Below are positions 51,857 through 63,650 of a stretch of 64,000 nucleotides of DNA, piece by piece. The DNA is from Octopus vulgaris (lineage: Eukaryota): positions 62,868,001 to 62,932,000 of the forward strand of contig OX597828.1 of NCBI GenBank assembly GCA_951406725.2, in the 5' to 3' direction. The notes beneath the pieces are model-generated. The model did no database searches, was not told where the DNA came from, and worked only from the letters and a program-made list of their open reading frames with translations. A program made the translations under genes and the position numbers. The first letter of the stretch is position 1. Each line of letters begins with the position of its first letter.

Positions 51857-52980
51857 TTTACTATTGTCAGGTTTGAACTCAGAAATAAAGAGCAAGGCAC
51901 TTTTGTCTGATGCCCTACAAATTCTGAGAGTCCGTTACTCTCAATTGTGAACACTTGAATCACTATTAATGAGACTTTGGTTGCTTTGATGCCAGAAGGT
52001 GGACTTCTGGCAGCGAGCACCTTGAGTGGGAATACTTGTTGGAGGAAGTCAGTTGCTTTCATTTATTTATTTAGGTCAAAAGTGATTCTTAGAAATTAGT
52101 TCTTCCTTTGTACATCAACTTCAGGGGAAATGGATTGAATGGTGTACACCAACAATTTCTTAATTATTTTAAATTGATATATGCACTTGAAACAGCCTTT
52201 GATTAAAGCATTGAGATGTTTACACATTTATAACAGAAGTATACAAACTTAGAACAATACTTGCTGCAATATTTTGCTTCAGAGGCATTTTTGATAAACT
52301 TTTGTGTTACAAAACACAGGATTTTGTTCAGAATGCCAGTGGATCACCAGACATGGTGGTTTGGTCTCCTCAGGGGTGAATAATCTGGATATTCCAAACC
52401 AACATAAAAAATGCTGTTCCAAAATAGAAATCGGTTAACAAAATATTTCCTGGTTTGTGCAGAAGTTGGTCAAGTTCAAATTAAATACACAAACTTGAAA
52501 CCACCATGTAAGCATGAAATCCACTTAGAGAAGTTTCTCTGAAACAAAATATTCAGATAAATGCTGTTGCATGTTTGTATAAATATTATGAATGTACATA
52601 CACACCTGTATCTTAATTAGTTAACTGAAATTTTTTCATTAATTAGTGAATTAAAACAGAAATCCATTGGCAATAGTTAAGAGACTTTTTAAGACAAAGA
52701 AGGATAATTTCAAACAATTAGGAATTACCATTTTTAGCACAGTGTGAAAGTATTATTTATCAAAGCAGATACAGTGCATACGTACTTAAGGTGCCTTGCG
52801 ACAGGATTGAACCTGTAGCCACATGGTTGAGAAGCAAGCATTCTAACCACACAGCCTTCCCTGTTCATAACATTTATTTTATGTTTTATTATTCTATTTA
52901 TTTAAATGGTAACAAGTTTACTTTACATAATGAGATCCCAAGTTTGATTTAAGGACAAAATATTCATTGAAAGCAAACAG

Positions 52981-53365
52981 GTGCTGGAGTGGTTGTGTGG
53001 CAAGTAGCTTCCTTCCCAATCACATGGTTCTGGGTTCAGTCAAACTGTGTGGCACCTTGGGCAAGTGTCTTCTACTATAGCCTTGGGCCAACCAAAGCCT
53101 TTCGAGTAGATTTGGTCGATGGAAACTGAAAGAAGCCCATCATATATCTATATCTATATGTGTGTGTGTATGTGTGTTTGTGTTTGTCCCCTACCATCGC
53201 TTGACAACCAATGTTGGTGTGTTCATGTCCCCGTAACTTAGCAGTTCGGCAAAAGAGCACGATAGAATAAGTACTAGGCTTACAAAGAATAATTCCTGGG
53301 GGCGATTTTTTCGACTAAAGGCAGTGCTCCAGCATGGCCACAGTCAAATGATTGAAACAAATAAA
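52981..53365 (+). mobile_element. SINE family B, full length
   Basis: tRNA head, GGCACCTTGGGCAAGTG core, tail GTGCTCCAGCATGGCCACAGTCAAATGATTGAAAC. Confidence 0.9.
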
Positions 53366-53779
53366 AGAATAAAAGAAAAAGAAATAACTGAAAAAAGGGA
53401 AAAGAATTCAGAAAATAATTTTTAAAAAAATGTTGATGGGCCTTCATAATGCCTGTCCCCTCAATTACACATGGCACCTGAGGGGTGAGGTGCTGGAGTG
53501 GGTCCCCTTTAAATCAATCTCTGTTAATTTAGGGCCTTAAGGGACATAATATGATTAACTATTTAACATTTAAACCAGCCAAAGCATTCCACCTGTTTTA
53601 TGTTCAAACTGGCCGGATCTGGCCTCTCACACCAACCCTACCATGCCGTTCCCAAACGGAACAGCCACCTCATCAAAATCTCAAAGCTACGAGATAATAC
53701 AGGATTAATTCCAAACAATGCAATTAACAAAGCATTACTTTTGACAGTATAATGCTAAAGGGTAAAGGAAAGTGCCTTT

Positions 53780-54260
53780 AAGAAATAGCAGCCAAGTCTC
53801 TCTCAAATCATTCACATTCCACTATTAAGAAAAAAGAGGTAAAAAAGAGGTGACACCCTGCTTGGAACAAAAAGACATGATGGATCACAGCTGGGATATT
53901 TATGTTCAGAAGTCAACTCGATCGGGGAGGAGGGTGACCTGGGGCTAAAAGATTGCTCTTTCAGATAATTTCCTTCTAATCTTTAAAAGACAAAAAAAAA
54001 AAAGATACACTGCATCTGAAAGGACGGGATGGTCATAGCCGGAACGTCTTTAACCAATCAGAGGTGATCTGGTGTTTCACTTTTTATAGATCAATGATGT
54101 TGATCTATAAAACATTCCTGATCAACTCTTATTGGTCAAAGGCGTTCCAGCTGTTACCATCTCATCTTTTTAAAGGCATCGTGTATCTAGGACTAACGTA
54201 CGTTCTTTTTGAGACAGTAGGGTATGATTTTGAGGGTGGTTTAGCTACTATTTAAAAACC
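53780..54260. repeat. Copies of dispersed repeat family D
   Basis: Motifs AGAAATAGCAGCCAAATCTCCCTCAAATCA and GGTCATGGCTGGAA..GACCTGGGGCTAAA recur at about 15820, 19115, 32810-33030, 40280-40470, 41060-41250 and 50480-50660. Confidence 0.7.
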
Positions 54261-54589
54261 CTTGAACAGGAATAGGTGACTATTTTAGAGAAACGAACCA
54301 TAAGACAGGCCGCACTAATAAAAAAAAAAATTTGGAGTTAATTTTACGTTAGGCGCCACATTTAGAAAGTGCTAGAACAACAGGTGCTCAGTGCAACGTT
54401 TGTATGTATGTGCGTTTATTTAAATATGTGGACTCGGGCTTGGCCCAATGGTAACAACTTCATTTCACAATCATGAGACGTCAGGTTCGATCTAATGGCG
54501 TGGTAGTTAGGTGGAATGCTTTCTACTACGGGCTAGCTTCAATTCAACCCATGTGAGTGTATCTAAAGAGGCGGGAACTGTAACAAGTC

Positions 54590-55721
54590 TGTTACATGAG
54601 CTGCAAACTTGTAAATTCAAATAGTCATCCCTGATGCAGTGTCATGCTGTCTTCCGGATAAGGATGTGGGACGACGTCAGCAGCTGGACGTCAGTAGCTG
54701 GGTGCGTTGACCGGAAGCTGGGGCAACCGGAAGGGGCAGCTGTGAGGCGTGCACAGGCAGTGGTCAATTGGGCCTTTCCAACGTGGGTTGTGCAGGTGAC
54801 AAGACGTGTGCGGACGTCACTAAGGGCTTGGGCTAGCAGCTGCTATCGTTAGTGTTCGGGTCGGGGCTGTGTCGAAGGACTAGTTACCACTGGAGGGTCT
54901 CCGTCTCGAGGAAGAGAAGGTAGGTGCCTTTATATTCAAATCGCACACCACACCACAAGCTATTTTGGCAGTTCTTAAACATTTACATTTCAACACGATT
55001 TGTCGCCACGATGTCTGCAAAAATTAGGATCGCCAGCGACGTCGTCAGACCTTTTAGTGGTGAAGGCGATGTAGTGGCCTGGATTCGCAAAATCAGGCTG
55101 GTGGCAAGGCTGCAAGGTATAAGTGATGTGGTGAGTCTTATGGCGCTGTATTTAGAAGGGAGCGCCTTAACGCTATACCTAGAGATGGATGAAGAGGAAC
55201 GGCTCAGCGAGGAGAACATAGAGTGACGCTTATGGGATGCCTACACGGAATGCGAATACACAGCTTTTGCTAAGCTAGGTGCAATCAGGTGGACGGGAGG
55301 CCAAGTGGATGACTATGCATCAGAAGTTAGAAGGTTAGCGACTCTGGCTGGGTTTGCGGGAGAAGGGCTGGAGAGAGCAGCCTGGCTGGCGTTTGTGAAT
55401 GGGTTCCCCGACGATGTAGGGATTCACCTACAACGACTGCCTGGGATTAAAAAGATGCCGCTGAGCAAACTTGTGGCTCAGGCTCGCGTGTTGACGAGAC
55501 ACTCTGGATGGAAGGCGATATCGATGGCGGTGACGGAGGCGCATAAAGACGGACGCCGCCCCGAGAAAGACATACAGAAGCTTACCATGCAACGAGAGCA
55601 GCCGTTCTCAGGACAGTGTTTTAGATGCCAGGGACCGCACATGGCGCGGGACTGTACGCAGCCGGGGCCCGTTTGCTATCGATGCAGGCAGACAGGGCAC
55701 ATTGCCCCGTGGCGTTTTTAG
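54590..55721 (+). mobile_element. LTR retrotransposon relic: putative 5' LTR plus gag pseudogene
   Basis: CpG-rich TG..CA segment at about 54590-54995. Gag runs from ATG 55011 (VRPFSGEGDVVAW..LYLEGSA) with one in-frame TGA (55224-55226), and ends in zinc knuckles CFRCQGPHMARDC and CYRCRQTGHIA. No pol. Confidence 0.85.
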
Positions 55722-55878
55722 TGATTGCAGTGATAATGCAACCATTAGGAAGTTCTGTTCGCCTAACAAATGGAATAGTCTTCATGGAAAGCGATGGAGG
55801 ATCCATAGCTTTACTTACACAAAATGATAGAGAGAGAGAGAGGAGAAAAGGGAGGAAGGTAAACAAATAGATAAGTGA

Positions 55879-55925
<47 letters not shown>

Positions 55926-56033
55926 TACATACATACATATAAATTATATATACATACACACACACACACGCACATATATATATATCTGCAATATGACATA
56001 TATATAGTAAAAGTCAGTGTACAATATAAATAT

Positions 56034-56633
56034 ATGACTAGAGACCGAGGCCTTTGGAAGTATGCTGTGTGTGAGAAGACCCGGCAGGACAAGTGAGACC
56101 ATAACCCGTGGCCTCTACATGGGATGTAGCCAGTCCACTTATGCATATCTTTCCTTCTTGGGACACAAAACTCTACTTGTGAAGACCTGTTGAGGCAAGT
56201 GAAAATCAAAACCAAAATCAATCAACATCAATAGAAATTGTAGCTGTGATACCAAAGCCGGTGGCACATAATAGAACCATCCGAACGTGGCCATTGCCAG
56301 CGCCGCCCCGACTGCCCTCCGTGCCGGTGGCATGTAAAAAGCACCATCCGATCATGACCGTTGCCAGCCTCACCTGGCCTCCGTACCAGTGGCACGTAAA
56401 AAGCACCATCCAATCATGGCCGTTTGCCAGCCTCGTCTGGCACCTGTGCCGGTGGCAGGTAAAAAGCACCTACTACACTCACGGAGTGGTTGGCGTTAGG
56501 AAGGGCATCCAGCCGTAGAAACATTGCCAGATCAGACCAGGCCTGGTGCAGCCTTCTGGCTTCCCAGACCCCAGTTGAACCGTCCAACCTATGCTAGCAT
56601 GGAAAGCGGACGCTAAACGATGATGATGATGAT
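56034..56633 (+). mobile_element. RTE LINE 3' end with four UTR repeat units
   Basis: MTRDRGLWKYAVCEKTRQDK*, UTR nearly identical to 42515-43052, (GAT)n tail. Confidence 0.95.
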
Positions 56634-56699
56634 ATATAAAATTAGAAAAAACCCACCTTTTATCAATTCAAAATGAACAATTAAATTACACCATCTGGC

Positions 56700-56984
56700 T
56701 TTATTGAGAAAATTGTATAGCTTGTAAGATATTTGTTGTTTTTTTTCTTCAATTTCTGCAATTTCAACCAATCATTGACGTCTATTGAGGTGAAAACATT
56801 CTGTGCCGTATGAATATGTCCCTCGTTTAAGAAACAGATTGGGTTTATTTACATTTGTACACCCACCCCTAATCCTAACCCTAAAACAGATTGAAAAGCA
56901 ATAGATCGAAACTAAGGTCATAATTATGGGTGACAATTTCATATGACACCGCTAGAAAAACTGCCGTTCAAACCGAAAGGATCC
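56700..56984. mobile_element. One-ended non-autonomous DNA transposon related to the 1649-2763 element
   Basis: Ends TAGAAAAACTGCCGTTCAAACCGAAAGGATCC, compared with TAGAAAATTCCGTCCATCAAAAGGAAAAGATCC. Confidence 0.55.
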
Positions 56985-57186
56985 GAAAATTATATATAAT
57001 AGAAATATTAATATTAAAATAACAATAAAATATCAATGATTAAGTAAATTGCAAAAAAAAATATTAAAAACATATAATTTTATATATATATATATTATAT
57101 TGTGTGAAATTTGATTTAGTATTTCTAAATTGAATGGGTTTTTTTCCCTGTAAGTTTGGATTTATATTCCCTCTAATAATAATAAT

Positions 57187-57220
<34 letters not shown>

Positions 57221-57267
57221 AATGTTAAGAGAAAAAGAGAGAGAGGGAAAGGGTGAAAGATTTGAAG

Positions 57268-57366
57268 ATGGCGACCAGAAGCCGTGTGTTAATTGCCTGT
57301 ACAGGCAGTGTAGCTGCAGTGAAGATTCCTCTTCTTATAAAACAACTACAACAAACTGACCCGACT
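57268..57366 (+). CDS. PPCDC: Phosphopantothenoylcysteine decarboxylase, coding exon 1
   Basis: MATRSRVLIACTGSVAAVKIPLLIKQLQQTDPT (HFCD flavoprotein TGSVAAxK motif), then GTAAGT donor, phase 0. Confidence 0.93.
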
Positions 57367-57576
57367 GTAAGTTTTCTAAACAACTCTTCACACAAACTGT
57401 ACCAGTTGCACACACACACGTGCGTCTGTCAGTTATATATATATGTATGTGAGAGAATAACAATATTTTGTGATTTATTTTGCGGACACCTATCCAGATA
57501 TATGTTTCAATATTAAATTCGTACTGCATGTACACATACATACATAACCGGCTACCTGTCTATCTATTTATATTAA

Positions 57577-57711
57577 GGGCATTACTACACATAAATGCCT
57601 CACGCTATTAGGGACTCTTAAAGTCAAAACTACCTTAAATAAATCTGGGTTTTTTTAGGGTTGGCTTCAAAGGTTGCATTCCTCACTGTGTATTTACGTG
57701 TAGTAATGCCC
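57577..57711. mobile_element. TTAA-flanked MITE with GGG/CCC termini (Kolobok-like)
   Basis: TTAA|GGGCATTACTACACATAAAT ... ATTTACGTGTAGTAATGCCC|TTAA. Confidence 0.8.
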
Positions 57712-57999
57712 TTAATATAAAGGAATGTATTTAAGGGAATAATTATAAATTTTTCCTTTATGAGACTTTCATGCTGACTACTTCATATAATTTTAGAAAG
57801 GTTTTATCCTATTTTAAAGTTTACCTTTACGTATAAACAGAGTAAACTACCCGGTTCACGCATGCGTACTTTGGCACACACATATTTAGTACAGTACAAA
57901 TTACCTCCCTTGTTCCCGACTCCCGAGGAAGACGAGCGGAGTGGCTTCTGTCCTTCACATTCCGTCCAAAATTGGCGAGATTGACTCCGTTAATGACCC

Positions 58000-58780
58000 A
58001 TTTAAACTGTTGGACGGAGGTAAAGGATGTGTACCCCTCCCTTTCTTTGGTGTAATGAAGATGCTAACCGTAAACACCGGATGTGCGTATTATTTACTTT
58101 CGCCAAATGTTGCATGTCGACGACATAAGCAAGGAAAAAATTGCGGAGGGTCGACGTTCCACTGAGGAAGGACTGGACAGAGTTGTTAGCGGATGAACCA
58201 TTAAGATGTGGAGTGAGAAGAAGAGAGATGAATGAAGTTGGAATTTCTTGAGTGGAGGTGGTACAAGATGAACTTTGAGGAGCAGAGGCCGCGGGACTGG
58301 AGCTTGCTTGTGAGTGACAATATGTGGCCAAAGATGTCTGTGTGTACAACAGCTGAACTGTCCTTGAAATAGAGGGGGGGGGGGGGGGTACTTCGCCGTG
58401 GGTCTCATGTAAGGCTTGTTAAGGAATTAATATTGTTGCAAAGAAATTTCAGTGCAATTTTGGAATAACCGTCACTACTTAGTAAAGAAGGAATTGGGCT
58501 AGAAGTAAATATGCGATAATTGACTTGAACTCTGAAGGTAAAGAGTTAAAAGAAATGCCGGGATCGCCTAAAAGAGCCATAGTTGAGGTACATTGTGTCT
58601 GGGGTTCAGAGGTTTGCTGGATCAGGTCTGTTTAACACCAGCATTCCTTGGGCCCCGGGAGTTACCCTAGCAGGTTTTAATCTATTGGAAACATTTGGAC
58701 CAGATCTTACGCCTAAGGATAACTTTCACAAACCAGGCTCAGAGGCCCTGAGAAAGGTCATGAGGCGCAGTCGTTCTTCC
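58000..58780 (-). pseudogene. Decayed CR1/Jockey-like LINE fragment
   Basis: LVPPPLKKF..NSVQSFLSGTSTLRNFFLA resembles LINE C-terminal LVPP..SFLPRTSxLWNSLP. Weak. Confidence 0.5.
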
Positions 58781-59149
58781 TTTAATTAATTACTTAATAA
58801 AAATTAAACAAAAAAAAAAAAGAAGAAAAAAACTCAATGAAACACGGTTCTTTCTCTCAACCGGTGTTTAATTAATTGCAACCTCGTTATTTATTTGACC
58901 AACTTTATTAGGATATAATTATGTCCCTTGGATTAGTTTCGAAAGTTGTTTTTTTTTGTGGCATAATTACAGTTTAGTGCCCCGCCGAATTTGTTTTCTC
59001 GAAATATTCTGTAAAATGCGTATCTTTATATGATATTTTGCAGATATGTTTTCCATTGCATTAATAAAAAATGGAAAACGTTTTGGAAACATTTCCAGTC
59101 ATTTCCTCCCTACATTCTCCACCTGTAATTTTCCTTCCCCCTTGCTTCT

Positions 59150-59580
59150 TCCCTTCCTATCTTTTGTGGTTGTTGGTGCATTCATTGATAACATCACAAC
59201 CAGATTTCGTCACTTTTCCTGACCTCTGTAAGTTGAAGCTGAGGCCTGTCCACTCTTTAATGGCCTGGTTGTTTTCATCGTCATCAATGTATCATGGGCA
59301 AGTTAGTTCAGTGGCTCCCATTCGTTTGCATCTACTTGAGACACCTTGACCTCAAATACTAGGCCGTTGATCACGGTCCCAGAGTATTTCGTCAACCGGT
59401 GCAGTGTTAACATTATCCCCTGATTTGGTTTGGCCCACCAGCTGAAGCGGAAGGTCTTGGGGTGTTGTACTAGGATCCATGAAGTGAGAGATTAGGAGTT
59501 GAATGAGGGCCAGTGATGCCTGTCCACCTGACCATTCCTGGCAAAGTGCAGCTGTCAGTCACCAAAGCAGCTGCCTCTAT
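59150..59580 (-). pseudogene. Heavily deleted RTE LINE remnant
   Basis: AIKEWTGLSF matches the RTE terminal DNIKEWTGL motif. Confidence 0.45.
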
Positions 59581-60243
59581 TCAGATCCCAAACCTTTTCT
59601 TTTTATATATATACATTTGAAACATTGCCGTTATGTTCTCTACGCTCTGAACAAACTGTTTCTTCAAAATATCATTCAAAAATATGCATTTTTAAGGGAG
59701 TTATGAGGAAACAAAGACAGAAATAGGGAGAATGATTTGATACTCCTCAAAAAAGTTAAATATTTCATTAAATGTTATCAACACAATCAGAATGTATGCA
59801 TGGCTGTGTGGTAAATACGTCCTGGCATGGCTGACCAAAGACTTGTGGTTTGGTTGGTTATAGTAGAAGCCCCTCAGCACACAGTTTCTGTTTAACTTTT
59901 GGTACCATATAATATGTGTCTGTGAACTGCTGCTGTGTGTAAGTGTTTCTTAGTCCTCGCATCATGTGATGGTTGTGTGTGAGAGTCACCATAGTACAAG
60001 CTGTGTCCTCCATTTCTATGTCTGGCCATTGAGAAATGTTATACTTGGAAACAAGAATGGCGCTTGGCAACAAGAAGAGTTTATCTGGTTGTAGAAAAAT
60101 CCACGTTGTCAAATTTCGTCTGAGCCATTCAAGCATGGGAAAGTGAATATTAAATGAGAATGGTGATGATGATTATATGTTAGTCCAGGATGATTGCCCT
60201 CTCTTCACTCTTGAATGATAAAAGTATTTGTTCTCTTTTGTAG

Positions 60244-60339
60244 TTTGAAATTCAACTTGTTGTCACAAAGAATTCCTTGTTTTTCTTTGATACTAATGCT
60301 GTACATGTGAATATTTACCAAGATGAGGATGAATGGAAA
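60244..60339 (+). CDS. PPCDC: PPCDC coding exon 2 (absent from ORF track)
   Basis: Acceptor TTCTCTTTTGTAG, encodes FEIQLVVTKNSLFFFDTNAVHVNIYQDEDEWK (cf. LEVAVVTTERAKHF..YSDADEW), donor GTGAGT, 96 nt, phase 0/0. Confidence 0.92.
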
Positions 60340-60594
60340 GTGAGTTTGTCTTTTATTATATCTCTCTCTACCAAAAACTGTCTCTCCATTTGTCTTGCTT
60401 TTCTCTCTATCCATATATAGTACATCTCTCTTCATTTGTCTCTCTACCAAAATATTTACCTGGTTCCACATCTCTTGTAATATTTCTCCTTCACTGGTTT
60501 TCCATCAATACGTCTCCCCCCCTCTCTCTCACTATATCTCCTTTTTTTCTCCCTATCTCTTTATCAAAATGTCTTTGTGTCTTCATACTCTTGC

Positions 60595-60783
60595 TGGTGC
60601 CGTGAATAAAGCACCCAGTCCACACTCTGTAAAGTGGTTGGCATTAGGAAGGGCATCCAGCCATAGAAACCAAGCCATAACGAACAAGTGGAGCTTGGTG
60701 CAGCTCTCTGGCTTGCCAGCTCCTGTTAAGCCATCTAACCTATGCCAGCATGGATAACAGGACGTCAAATGATGATGATGACG
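60595..60783 (+). mobile_element. Solo RTE-type 3' tail
   Basis: GTGGTTGGCATTAGGAAGGGCATCCAG..GCCAGCATGGATAACAGGACGTCAAATGATGATG. Similar solo tails near 15200-15330, 16360-16520, 25280-25420, 35960-36145 and 36430-36530. Confidence 0.8.
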
Positions 60784-60840
60784 ACCGTGTGTGTGTGTGT
60801 ATGTATATATGTATGTATATGGATCTTTCCTTTTCCTATG

Positions 60841-60873
60841 TTTCTGATGAAGAGCTCCGCTCGAAACGTTAAA
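60841..60873 (+). ncRNA. Intact minimal (Penelope-type) hammerhead in mini-element 60821-60950
   Basis: TTT-CTGATGA-A-GAGC-TCC-GCTC-GAAACGTT-AAA. Palindromic AACGTT replaces helix III. Confidence 0.8.
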
Positions 60874-60990
60874 TCCTTCTTTCTTTCCTTTCCTGAGTGT
60901 CCAATAACACTATACTTGTTCCACATCCTCACGTTGTTGTGTTTTCATTATTATATATATATATACTTTATTTAAAGCAGCAGAAAATTC

Positions 60991-61041
60991 AACAAAACCT
61001 GTTACTCTGAGTTTCCCGTTGCCATTCATCGGACAGTTTTT
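60991..61041 (-). ncRNA. Hammerhead-like motif in a ~90-bp mini-element
   Basis: Minus strand: AAAACTGT-CCGATGA-ATG-GCAA-CGG-GAAAC-TCAGA-GTA-ACAGGTTTT. Stem I CTGT/ACAG, core U4C variant, weak stem II. Confidence 0.6.
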
Positions 61042-61048
61042 GCTAGAA

Positions 61049-61187
<139 letters not shown>

Positions 61188-61393
61188 GATAAATAAAACA
61201 TATGCATATATACATATATATATGTACGTACCTACCTCTACATGTATATATACATGCATATATTGGTACAGGACACCAAAAAAACGTCGAACACAATGAG
61301 AAATGAAAACGTAAACACAAAACCAAGGAAATGGACATTTTTATTAAACAACGAAAAAATAGAGTACAAGACATACAACACAAGGAAAATTCC

Positions 61394-61452
61394 CCTTCTT
61401 CAGTCGCCTTTGTTTCATGTACTCCACGTTTCGAAGGTCAAGGCGATACATG
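61394..61452 (-). ncRNA. Candidate non-circularly permuted hammerhead in mini-element ~61262-61650
   Basis: Minus strand: CATGT-A-TCGCCTT-GA-CCT-TC-GAAA-CGTG..AAGGCGA-CTGAAGA-AGG. Stem III ACGTG/CATGT, GUA triplet, stem I TCGCCTT/AAGGCGA, stem II AGG/CCT. Confidence 0.65.
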
Positions 61453-61764
61453 ACTTTAACGAAATATTCCTTCCCGCGAAAACCAAATTAAATAAAATTT
61501 GAGTTTTTTTTGCGGAGGGGTAAAAATGGTAACAAAAACAGGACAGTAACGACAGTACAAAATATAAACAGTAAAAGACAGGACAAGGAGAATAACAGTA
61601 ACACAGACAAGAAGGGCTGTGCACACATCCATTTCTAAGTAAGATTGTTCTTAATATATATATATCAAATGAAACACACACACACACACATATATAATAT
61701 ATATGTTCAACCAGTTCATCTCTCTGATGTCTCATCAAAGTGTTTTTTACCAATTTTATTCCAG

Positions 61765-61890
61765 TGGAACAATATTGGTGACCCTATCTTACACATTGAA
61801 CTACGGCGCTGGGCTGATATTATGGTCATTTGTCCTCTCGATGCCAATACTCTGGCCAAAATAGCCAATGGTCTTTGTGATAACCTGCTG
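61765..61890 (+). CDS. PPCDC: PPCDC coding exon 3
   Basis: Acceptor TTTTATTCCAG, encodes WNNIGDPILHIELRRWADIMVICPLDANTLAKIANGLCDNLL (catalytic His, PxxANTLAK), donor GTAAGT. Remaining exons lie beyond the window. Confidence 0.96.
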
Positions 61891-62107
61891 GTAAGTTAAA
61901 CAAATCTAGTAGTAGTTGTTGTTGTCAAGTTCTAATTGAAGACTGCTCCAGTAGGTCTCTGCTCATATATCTACACATGTATGTCTATGCTTTTATTTGC
62001 AGAGGTTCGTGGTCACCTATGTATACAAGTCAATCGTTTTCTTGCCATCTCAAATGTTTATCTCTGGGAAAGGTCACTGACTTGAATTGGTGTAAATGTT
62101 GTTGCAG

Positions 62108-63572
62108 AAATTGTTGATGCTAGTCTTCAGCCATTTTGAATTTTAATGAAAGAAATTGATTGGTATTACTGTGAGGTGGGCTGCGATTAGTTGAGGAAGG
62201 TCACACGACATTGTGGTTTGATGTTGGTATATCAGCGACAACAGTTAGCTGGAAAATACTTCATGACGAACAGGAAATTTACCATGTGGTGGACAGGAAA
62301 TTGCTTGGTTTGTTGGAGGGAAAGTAAGAAGGGGCAGGATGTGCAAGTATATAGTTGTATATATGGGTGTGTGGATGCTCTCATGGTTTTGCATGCATGT
62401 CTATTGATGCGAGCATGCGCATCTGTACATGGGCACGTACATATATGAACGAACATGCACACATGTATGCACATGCTTTGTCATTGATATGTATATGTGC
62501 ATTCACATGCATATGTGTACTTGTGTGCATGCATGCATGAGTGCACATGCACATAACAAGCATTGGGGATTGGTAAGCAGGCTGATCAACCCCTCTAAAA
62601 GGAAGCCTAATGAGGAAACGGTATACATCTACAAGAACTTTAACCATCTTCACCACTGTAATTAAACATGGTTTCAGGCATTAGCAAACAACTATCTAAT
62701 GTCACCCAATAGAAAGATCTTTAACAGCCCCCCCCCCACACCGATGCTTTGAGTAGGAGTGGGTTTACTGAGAAGCTCGCATATGTGGACAACTCCCAAA
62801 CACCCTCTTCTCATCCCAAAAGGATTAGGAAATGGAAAATGATATGGTATAACCCTCCTTTCAACCTAGAAGTTTCCAATAATGTAGCTAGGGGCTTCTT
62901 GTCATTAATTAAGAAACATTTCCCCAAAGGTCACAAGTATTATACAATTTATCTTATTGCTGTCACCAGAAGTATGCCCTTCTGGCAAATTTCAGGAATG
63001 CCAATTACCAATTACCAATTCCCATGCTTGTTATGCACATGTACACTAATGCATGCATATATGCACAAGTACGCATGCACATGTACTCTAATATGCATAT
63101 GTACATGCATGCACATATACATATGGACATATAAAGGAATATGCATGTGTGTGTGCATACATGTGTATGCACGTGTGTGTGTGAGTGCATATGCATGTTT
63201 GTTCATCATATATGTGTGTGTGGACGTGTATATGTGTGCCTATGTACAGATGTGCGCACTTGCATCAATACGGACATGCACACAAAACCATATGAACGTG
63301 TCCACACACCCACATATACAACTATATACTTGCACATCCCGCCCCTTCCTACTTTCCCTCCAAGGACCTGACTGATTTCCTGTCCACCATGCTGTATTTC
63401 CCAACTAACTGTTGTCGCTCATATACCAATATACCAACAACAAACCACAACACTGCATGGCCTTCCTTGACCAATTGCAGCCCATCTTACAGTAATAACA
63501 ATCAACTTCTTTCATTCAAATTCAAAATGGCTGAAGACTAGCAACACTCTTGAAACTCGGAGTACCAATGAA
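62108..63572 (+). mobile_element. Penelope-like element relic: RT fragment between inverted terminal copies
   Basis: 62580-62960 encodes KRKPNEETVYIYKNFNH and KMIWYNPPFNLEVSNNVARGFLSLIKKHFPKGHK (PLE RT thumb, WFNPP motif). 62108-62573 and 63013-63545 are diverged inverted copies. HHR-like TGG-CTGAAGA..GAAAC-TCGGA-GTA-CCA at 63527-63567. Confidence 0.8.
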
Positions 63573-63650
63573 TTTGAATCAAACTGTTTTGATCCATACA
63601 TGTAACTCCCAATAAATTTGTCGAGTGCCCTTCTTTTGTATGTATATATA

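Noticed and set aside
55224-55226. Selenocysteine or programmed readthrough TGA in gag
   Set aside because: The element is truncated and no SECIS was recognised. A simple nonsense mutation is more likely.
61990-62040. PPCDC exon 4 after TTTTATTTGCAG
   Set aside because: Translation does not match the expected TCxxRAWD..PAMN segment.
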